A stretch of 64,000 nt of DNA from Bacteroidales bacterium (GTDB taxonomy: Bacteria; Bacteroidota; Bacteroidia; Bacteroidales; PUMT01). The translations under genes were made by a program, and so were the position numbers. Position 1 is the stretch's first letter. The number at the start of each line of letters is the position of its first letter. Shown piece by piece: positions 58,081-64,000 of the stretch. The stretch lies in assembly GCA_007125955.1 (NCBI GenBank), contig SLCF01000008.1:1913-65912 (forward strand), in the 5' to 3' direction. A model generated the notes under the pieces. That model had not been told where the DNA came from. It made no database searches and saw nothing but the letters and a program-made list of their open reading frames with translations.

Positions 58081-58167
58081 TATGTACTTAACAACTGCAA
58101 TTATCTTCTCTTTATTTGTTTTTTTGATTCTATGGTGCGTACACTTTGAAAGTGAGAAGGTGATGTA
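58081..58167 (+). promoter_or_regulatory. Candidate branched-chain-amino-acid-rich leader peptide ORF upstream of ilvD
   Basis: ATG..TAG encodes MYLTTAIIFSLFVFLILWCVHFESEKVM (28 aa). Seven of the 11 residues in IIFSLFVFLIL are Ile/Leu/Val. Its 3' end covers a segment complementary to the terminator's 5' arm. Confidence 0.4.
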
Positions 58168-58187
58168 GTATTATAATACTCCGAACT

Positions 58188-58222
58188 GAAAAGCCCTCTC
58201 ACTTTAAGTGAGGGGGCTTTTT
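58188..58222 (+). terminator. Intrinsic terminator in the ilvD 5' leader (attenuator candidate)
   Basis: AAAAGCCCTCTCAC-TTTAA-GTGAGGGGGCTTTT stem (11 core bp plus A-U extension) followed by a T-run. It ends 11 nt before the ilvD ATG. Confidence 0.6.
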
Positions 58223-58232
58223 TAATTGATCT

Positions 58233-60128
58233 ATGCTTATGGAACGTAAACTAAGAAGTGATTCAACGACCCGGGGAAGGCTCAATGCAGGTGCAAGAAG
58301 CTTATGGAGGGCAAACGGCATGAAAGAGGAGCAGATGGGAAAACCCGTTATAGCCATAGCCAATTCATTTACCCAGTTTGTTCCCGGGCATGTACATCTT
58401 GGCGGCACAGGTCAGGAAGTTAAAAGGGTTATTGAAAGCCACGGGTGTTTTGCGGCCGAATTCAATACCATTGCAATTGATGACGGAATTGCCATGGGGC
58501 ACGAAGGAATGCTATATTCCCTGCCTTCGAGGGAATTGATAGCTGACAGTGTTGAATATATGGTAAATGCACACAAGGCAGATGCACTTATTTGTATAAG
58601 CAACTGCGACAAAATAACTCCCGGGATGTTAATGGCTGCTATGCGACTTAATATTCCGGCGGTTTTCGTTTCAGGTGGTCCGATGGAAGCCGGTCGCATT
58701 GAAGGAAAGGCAATTGACCTGGTAGATGCAATTGTTGCATCGGGAAATGATTCGGTTAGCGAAAGTGAGCTGAATCTCATTGAAAAACACGCTTGTCCAA
58801 CATGCGGCTCCTGTTCGGGTATGTTCACTGCCAACTCCATGAACTGCCTTAATGAGGCTTTGGGGTTGGCATTACCTGGTAACGGAACCATTCCTGCAAC
58901 TCATGTAAACAGGAAAAAGCTTTTTGAAAAAGGTGCATCTCTTATTGTAAAGCTTGCTCATCGTTATTACAGCGAAGGAGACAATTCTGTACTGCCCCGC
59001 AGCATAGCCACCAGGAAAGCTTTTATGAATGCGATGACCCTGGATATTGCAATGGGTGGATCCACCAACACCGTATTGCATCTTCTTGCTATTGCAAACG
59101 AGGCGGGTGTAAATTTCACAATGGATGATATTGACCGTTTGTCGCGCCGTACACCGGTATTGTGCAGGGTATCTCCTTCCAGCCACTATCATATTGAAGA
59201 TGTGAACCGGGCAGGAGGTGTTATGGGCATACTTGCATGCCTGAAGGATGCCGGTTTAATTGATGGCTCTGCCGGAAGAGCTGATTATCCCTCACTTGCG
59301 GAGGCAATTGAAGATTATGATATAAGAGGCAACAAAGCCGTTGAAGACGCCTTTGAAATTTTCAGAAGTGCTCCGGGCGGCGTTCATAATTTGGAAATGG
59401 GATCGGGACAGACAAAATATGAAAATCTTGACACGGACCGGGATAACGGTTGCATAAGGGATGCCGGTCACGCCTTCTCGGATGACGGGGGTCTGGCCGT
59501 TCTTTACGGTAATATTGCATCAAACGGTTGCATTGTAAAAACAAGCGGCGTTGATCCCTCAATATTCAAATTCAGGGGAGTTGCCAGAGTATTCGACTCC
59601 CAGGAAGATGCCTGCAACAAAATTTTGTCAGGTGAAATAAAGGAGGGGGATGTGGTTGTTCTAAGATATGAAGGGCCACGTGGAGGACCCGGCATGCAGG
59701 AGATGTTATATCCTACCTCTTATCTTAAATCGGCCGGTCTTGACAAAAAATGTGCCCTCATAACCGACGGACGCTTTTCAGGAGGGTCATCCGGACTTTC
59801 GGTCGGGCATATTTCACCCGAAGCGGCTGCAGGAGGCAAGATTGCGCTTATTGAGAACGGTGACCCTGTAGTTATAGACATACCGCGCCGTCGTATTCAC
59901 GCGGAAGTTGGGAAGGAAATATTTGAAAAAAGAAAAATGAAGGAACTTTCCAAAAACGGGAATGCCTACCTCCCTGCCGAAAGGGAGAGGTATATATCAA
60001 ACTCCCTGAAAGCATATGCTGCAATGGCATCATCCGCAGACAAAGGTGCCGTGAGGATAATTGAAAGCAACACAGAACAGTCAATCAGTGGTGACGAACT
60101 CAGGATTGATCTTATAAGCAAGCTGTAA
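58233..60128 (+). CDS. ilvD: Dihydroxy-acid dehydratase
   Basis: 631 aa. [31 protein letters not shown] and TDGRFSGGS blocks. Confidence 0.95.
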   Translation: MLMERKLRSDSTTRGRLNAGARSLWRANGMKEEQMGKPVIAIANSFTQFVPGHVHLGGTGQEVKRVIESHGCFAAEFNTIAIDDGIAMGHEGMLYSLPSRELIADSVEYMVNAHKADALICISNCDKITPGMLMAAMRLNIPAVFVSGGPMEAGRIEGKAIDLVDAIVASGNDSVSESELNLIEKHACPTCGSCSGMFTANSMNCLNEALGLALPGNGTIPATHVNRKKLFEKGASLIVKLAHRYYSEGDNSVLPRSIATRKAFMNAMTLDIAMGGSTNTVLHLLAIANEAGVNFTMDDIDRLSRRTPVLCRVSPSSHYHIEDVNRAGGVMGILACLKDAGLIDGSAGRADYPSLAEAIEDYDIRGNKAVEDAFEIFRSAPGGVHNLEMGSGQTKYENLDTDRDNGCIRDAGHAFSDDGGLAVLYGNIASNGCIVKTSGVDPSIFKFRGVARVFDSQEDACNKILSGEIKEGDVVVLRYEGPRGGPGMQEMLYPTSYLKSAGLDKKCALITDGRFSGGSSGLSVGHISPEAAAGGKIALIENGDPVVIDIPRRRIHAEVGKEIFEKRKMKELSKNGNAYLPAERERYISNSLKAYAAMASSADKGAVRIIESNTEQSISGDELRIDLISKL

Positions 60129-60149
60129 GCAATTCTCTCCTGTTACCGG

Positions 60150-62342
60150 CTATAAAATATGGTAACTCACGGCCAGTCCGACTGTGACTACTGAGGCCAT
60201 TACCATAAGCTTGATCAGTATGTTGAGGCTGGGACCCGATGTGTCCTTGAAAGGGTCACCCACTGTATCTCCAATTATTGATGCCTTGTGGGCCTCAGAG
60301 CCTTTGCCGCCAAAATTCCCTTCTTCAACGTACTTTTTGGCATTGTCCCATGCCCCACCGGCATTAGCCATGAATATGGCCATAGCAAAACCGCTTGATA
60401 TTGTCCCCACCAGAAGTCCGGTTATTCCCGGGACACCAAACACCAGTCCTACAACCACCGGTATAAGCAATGCTATCAATGACGGTACCATCATCTCCTT
60501 TTGTGCTCCTTTCGTGGAAATCTCAACACATCTTGCATAATCGGGCTCAGCTTTCCCCTCCATTATCCCGGGAATAGTCCTGAACTGTCGTCTGACTTCA
60601 TCCACCATTTTCATGGCTGCCCTTCCTACTGCATTCATAGTCATTCCACTGAAAAGGAAAACCGACATAACACCCAGAAGCACTCCGACAATTACCTTTG
60701 GATTCATCAGATGTATCTCGTAATGCTCTACAAAATCGATAAACTCAGCTTCAATCGCGGGAATTCCATTTATCAGCTCCGTGGGTCTGTCCAGGAATTT
60801 TACAAACATCATTCTCACCTCTTCGAAGTACGATGCAAGCAGTGCAAGCGCTGTCAGGGCAGCACTTCCTATGGCAAAACCCTTGCCGGTGGCTGCAGTA
60901 GTATTTCCAAGTGCATCAAGTGCATCTGTACGCTTGCGCACATCGGCGCCCAGGCCGCTCATTTCAGCGTTACCGCCGGCATTGTCGGCAATAGGTCCGT
61001 ATGCATCTGTAGCAAGTGTTATTCCAAGGGTGGAAAGGAGTCCGACTGCAGAAATACCTATCCCGTAAAGCCCGCTATTCAGGTTCTCAATACTGAAGGT
61101 GAAACCGGCAGAAAAGAAAAATGCAAGCGTTATAGCAACAACAATAATTGCAAGTGGTACAGCCGCAGAAATAAGTCCGGTTCCCACTCCGCTGATAATA
61201 ACAGTTGCCGGACCGGTTGCACTGGACTCTGCAATTTTTTGGGTGGGACGGTATGCAGAAGCAGTGAAATACTCGGTTGACTGCCCTATGGATATGCCTG
61301 CCAACAGTCCTACCAGTATAGAGCCCCATAAACCCAGAAAGTTGGGCAATCCGAGAATATATAGTATAAGTAAGGAAAAAACAACAATAAGTCCCGCACT
61401 CATGTTAACTCCGAAACCGAGTGATCTCAGCAGTTGTTTTTGAGTAGCTCCCTCTTTTGTACGAACCATGAACACACCCGCAATTGATAACAGTGTACCT
61501 ATTGCTGCTATCAGCATTGGTGCAATTACAGCATTTATCTGGACTTCCAGACCATGTGCCTGAAATGCAGCTGCACCTAGGAGGGCAGATGCAAGGATGG
61601 ATGCTGCAAAAGATTCAAACAGATCGGCTCCCATTCCGGCGACATCTCCAACATTATCTCCTACGTTGTCGGCAATTGTAGCAGGGTTCCGCGGATCATC
61701 CTCGGGAATGTCCGCTTCAACCTTGCCAACGAGGTCAGCACCTACATCTGCCGCCTTGGTATATATACCTCCTCCTACACGGGCAAAAAGAGCCTGGGTA
61801 GAAGCCCCCATTCCAAAAGTAAGCATTATTGCGGTTATCGACATAAGCTTGAAGCCGTCGCCTGTCTCCGGCAGCACAAGGTTAAGCACAATGAACCATG
61901 CAGAGATATCCACCAGTACAAGTCCGACAACTACAAGTCCCATAACAGCTCCACTCCTGAAAGCAAGCCTGAGTCCGCCATCAAGGGATTGACGGCATGC
62001 ATTTGCAACACGTCCGGAAGCATAGGTTGCCGCCTTCATTCCGAAATAGCCGGCAAGACCGGAAAAGAAGCCTCCCGAAATAAAGGCAAACGGCACCCAT
62101 TTGTTCTGGACACCCAACCCGTAGGCTAGTATTGAAAAAATTACCGTGATAACCAAAAAAACAATTATCACTATTTTGTACTGTTGCTTCAGATATGCTG
62201 ATGCGCCTTTACGGACATGCATTGCGATTTTTTTCATCATGTCGGTACCTTCGTCATACCGGAGCATCTGCTTGAAAAAGAAATATGAAAATCCCAATGC
62301 AAAAATTGCGCTTACGGGAACTAACCAAAATAACAAAGGCAT
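60150..62342 (-). CDS. hppA: Membrane-bound ion-translocating pyrophosphatase (K+-dependent type by the GNTTAA motif)
   Basis: 730 aa polytopic protein. DNVGDNVGDVAGMGADLFES, GNTTAATGKGFAIGSAAL (Ala rather than Lys, so K+-dependent subclass) and GDTVGDPFKDT. Confidence 0.95.
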   Translation of the reverse strand: MPLLFWLVPVSAIFALGFSYFFFKQMLRYDEGTDMMKKIAMHVRKGASAYLKQQYKIVIIVFLVITVIFSILAYGLGVQNKWVPFAFISGGFFSGLAGYFGMKAATYASGRVANACRQSLDGGLRLAFRSGAVMGLVVVGLVLVDISAWFIVLNLVLPETGDGFKLMSITAIMLTFGMGASTQALFARVGGGIYTKAADVGADLVGKVEADIPEDDPRNPATIADNVGDNVGDVAGMGADLFESFAASILASALLGAAAFQAHGLEVQINAVIAPMLIAAIGTLLSIAGVFMVRTKEGATQKQLLRSLGFGVNMSAGLIVVFSLLILYILGLPNFLGLWGSILVGLLAGISIGQSTEYFTASAYRPTQKIAESSATGPATVIISGVGTGLISAAVPLAIIVVAITLAFFFSAGFTFSIENLNSGLYGIGISAVGLLSTLGITLATDAYGPIADNAGGNAEMSGLGADVRKRTDALDALGNTTAATGKGFAIGSAALTALALLASYFEEVRMMFVKFLDRPTELINGIPAIEAEFIDFVEHYEIHLMNPKVIVGVLLGVMSVFLFSGMTMNAVGRAAMKMVDEVRRQFRTIPGIMEGKAEPDYARCVEISTKGAQKEMMVPSLIALLIPVVVGLVFGVPGITGLLVGTISSGFAMAIFMANAGGAWDNAKKYVEEGNFGGKGSEAHKASIIGDTVGDPFKDTSGPSLNILIKLMVMASVVTVGLAVSYHIL

Positions 62343-62417
62343 ATCAAATTCTCCTATAATTTATTAATGTGATTAAACTATAACTGTTAAAAGAATTTTC
62401 TCTACAACGGTATTCTG

Positions 62418-63530
62418 TCATCTGTCCAGTAATCCTGCAAAATGTATCCAGAAATTCCTGTGAAAGTTTTCGCCCTTTTCTCCCGGATAAAGCTCCATAT
62501 AAGACATTGTGGCCTCTTCACCCGGCCTGTATGCAAACTTCCTCTCCTCATCAAATATGGTTATTGACTCGGGATGGAACTGAACACCAATAACATTTGG
62601 ATATATTTCGTGTTCAATGCCTTCAACTACTTTACCATCCATGCTCCATGCAGAAACATAAAGCCCTTTTCCCGTTTCATCCACTGCCTGATGGTGTGAT
62701 GTCCTTATATATGGAGGATAAGTGTCTTCTCCCATAATAGCCGATAAATGAGTGCCTTCCTCTATCATTATTCTGTGGAACGGATATGCTCCCAGTTCAT
62801 GGTCAGACTGATGAATTGTTGTATAATCCCTGTGCTGATTGTCCGGATCCAGTCTTAACACATCTTCAACTGTTTGTGCCCCGTAAACTTCTGTAGGAAT
62901 GTCCTGTATCATGGTCCCGCCTGCGGCCACATTGATTGTCTGCATGCCAAGGCAAAGACCCAGTACAGGCATTTCAGGATCTTCCTCAAGAAGGGGGGTA
63001 AACTCCTCATCCTGGTATCCTCCTATCAGGTGGTAAAGAAAGGAAAGCTCAATATAATGCCTGTGAGGAGTGCTTATAGAAGTCAGCAGGTTCAGCTCAC
63101 TTCCGTATAGCGATGGCGGTATATCTGCACCCCCGAAAAATATTATTCCTGCGGCACCTTCAAATATTTCCCGGAAAGTGCCGGAATATTCATTTTCTGT
63201 AAACAGGTTATCAGGATCTGACGGGCCGTCGAGTCCCATAAGCTTTACGTGACCAAGCCCTTCTTCTTCGATAAAATCGGCGGTTCTTGTGAAATTATAG
63301 GATGTATTTTCACTGTAAACGCCCAAAACATTCATTGATGGATCTACCGGCAAAATGTCGTTTGAAGTCAGGTAAGTCCATATTCTTACATTCGCAACTG
63401 TGGGATGCATCAACACAACGTATTTTTCACCCTCTTCAAAACGGGTTTCATGCCTCTCCTCACATCCGTAATAAAATGTTACTGAAAGGAGGCTCAATAA
63501 GAGGAATAATGATTTAAACCTGATATTCAT
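62418..63530 (-). CDS. Lipoprotein with class I glutamine amidotransferase-like / peptidase C26 (gamma-glutamyl hydrolase, PuuD-like) domain
   Basis: Lipobox YYGCE. The nucleophile context is LGLCLGMQTINVAAGG and the His context is VIGVQFHPE. Confidence 0.75.
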   Translation of the reverse strand: MNIRFKSLFLLLSLLSVTFYYGCEERHETRFEEGEKYVVLMHPTVANVRIWTYLTSNDILPVDPSMNVLGVYSENTSYNFTRTADFIEEEGLGHVKLMGLDGPSDPDNLFTENEYSGTFREIFEGAAGIIFFGGADIPPSLYGSELNLLTSISTPHRHYIELSFLYHLIGGYQDEEFTPLLEEDPEMPVLGLCLGMQTINVAAGGTMIQDIPTEVYGAQTVEDVLRLDPDNQHRDYTTIHQSDHELGAYPFHRIMIEEGTHLSAIMGEDTYPPYIRTSHHQAVDETGKGLYVSAWSMDGKVVEGIEHEIYPNVIGVQFHPESITIFDEERKFAYRPGEEATMSYMELYPGEKGENFHRNFWIHFAGLLDR

Positions 63531-63804
63531 ATCTATTAATATTTGTTTGTTATTATATGGTTAATTAAGCCAGTCGTTATAAACAAAAAAACGGCCGGAG
63601 GTAATTTGTGGGAAAAAAATTTGCTCCCTGAAAATGAACATATACTTGTACGGCAATTATAGCAAATATTTCTGAGAATGCCTTTCGGGGAAGCCAAATT
63701 TATTTCCCTGCCGGAAATATTTTGACTGGGAAAATAGCCGGGAATATTAACATTTTTTTATTTTTTTTTGTATTTATTAATATTATTGGTATATTGGCTT
63801 TATA

Positions 63805-64000
63805 AAGAAACCTGTTTATGCTCTTGCCTGTAAAGGCAAATTAATGTGAAGAAACCTTTTGTTTTTGCTCTGCCCTTTGTAAGGGCTTATTATTACTGGA
63901 AATTAGCTGCACACCCATGCCCGTAAAGGGATAATCTTAAAGAAACAACGCCCAATTATCTGCCAACTTTTGCAACTGGTCGAAGAAGAAGTTTTAGTCG
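63805..64000. repeat. Degenerate ~45-nt tandem repeat (at least 4 units) with small hairpins, continuing past the right edge
   Basis: Units start near 63805, 63849, 63894 and 63940. Three begin AAGAAAC, and each carries (C/T)(T/A)TGCC about 20 nt in. Hairpins are TTGCCT-GTAA-AGGCAA (63824-63839), GCCCTT-TGT-AAGGGC (63872-63886) and CCC-GTAAA-GGG (63920-63930). Confidence 0.35.

Noticed and set aside
60501-61280. Long antisense ORFs inside well-supported genes: 60501-61280 in hppA, 18235-18771 and 18825-19331 in mttB3, 20570-21013 and 21046-21516 in thiE/thiD, 27606-28196 in kbl, 50741-51277 in ribF, 52947-53465 in DUF885 and 16603-17034 in glnS
   Set aside because: Each lies fully within a gene on the other strand that has unmistakable family motifs. 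Their translations are Ser/Cys/Arg-rich or low-complexity with no recognisable domains. They are typical shadow ORFs.
1-64000. CRISPR arrays, IS elements, prophage, toxin-antitoxin or defence islands
   Set aside because: There are no regularly spaced identical repeats and no transposase, integrase, Cas or phage-like ORFs. The only repeat found (63805-64000) is imperfect and spacer-less.

Overview
This 64 kb chromosomal segment looks like a Bacteroidota genome: it has gldH and porW/sprE-like genes, TAnnTTTG-type -7 promoter motifs and many lipoproteins. It is densely packed with about 48 intact CDS and one tRNA-Cys. I saw no rRNA, CRISPR array, transposase, integrase or prophage genes. Most of the window is housekeeping: glnS, gltX, pgk, ahcY, ribF, ilvD, hppA, B12-dependent nrdJ, thiM-thiE-thiD, tdh/kbl, waaA, lpxH, holB, trmB, tsaE, Fe-S carriers, folB, and serpin and cysteine-peptidase lipoproteins. 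The stand-out is an ~11.3 kb co-directional cluster on the minus strand (2300-13598). In transcription order it encodes a MetH fragment (homocysteine-binding domain plus SAM-dependent reactivation domain), MetF, a stand-alone corrinoid protein, two tandem non-pyrrolysine MttB-family methyltransferases, a hydantoinase-like ASKHA ATPase, DUF1638, a stand-alone pterin-binding methyltransferase and a sarcosine/dimethylglycine N-methyltransferase-like enzyme. A Tat-exported DmsA-like molybdoenzyme follows and runs off the left edge. I read this as a disassembled methionine synthase merged with a quaternary-amine demethylation module; that reading is a hypothesis, not a demonstrated function. A third MttB paralog sits directly upstream of thiMED. 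Smaller items are a leader-peptide/terminator attenuator candidate before ilvD, an intrinsic terminator inside the corrinoid cluster, two tandem thioredoxin-fold lipoproteins with no redox cysteines, a class III cyclase-HD fusion, an alkyltransferase-like (ATL) protein, and a degenerate ~45-nt tandem repeat at the right edge. All calls rest on reading the translations and sequence by eye; no database searches were run.
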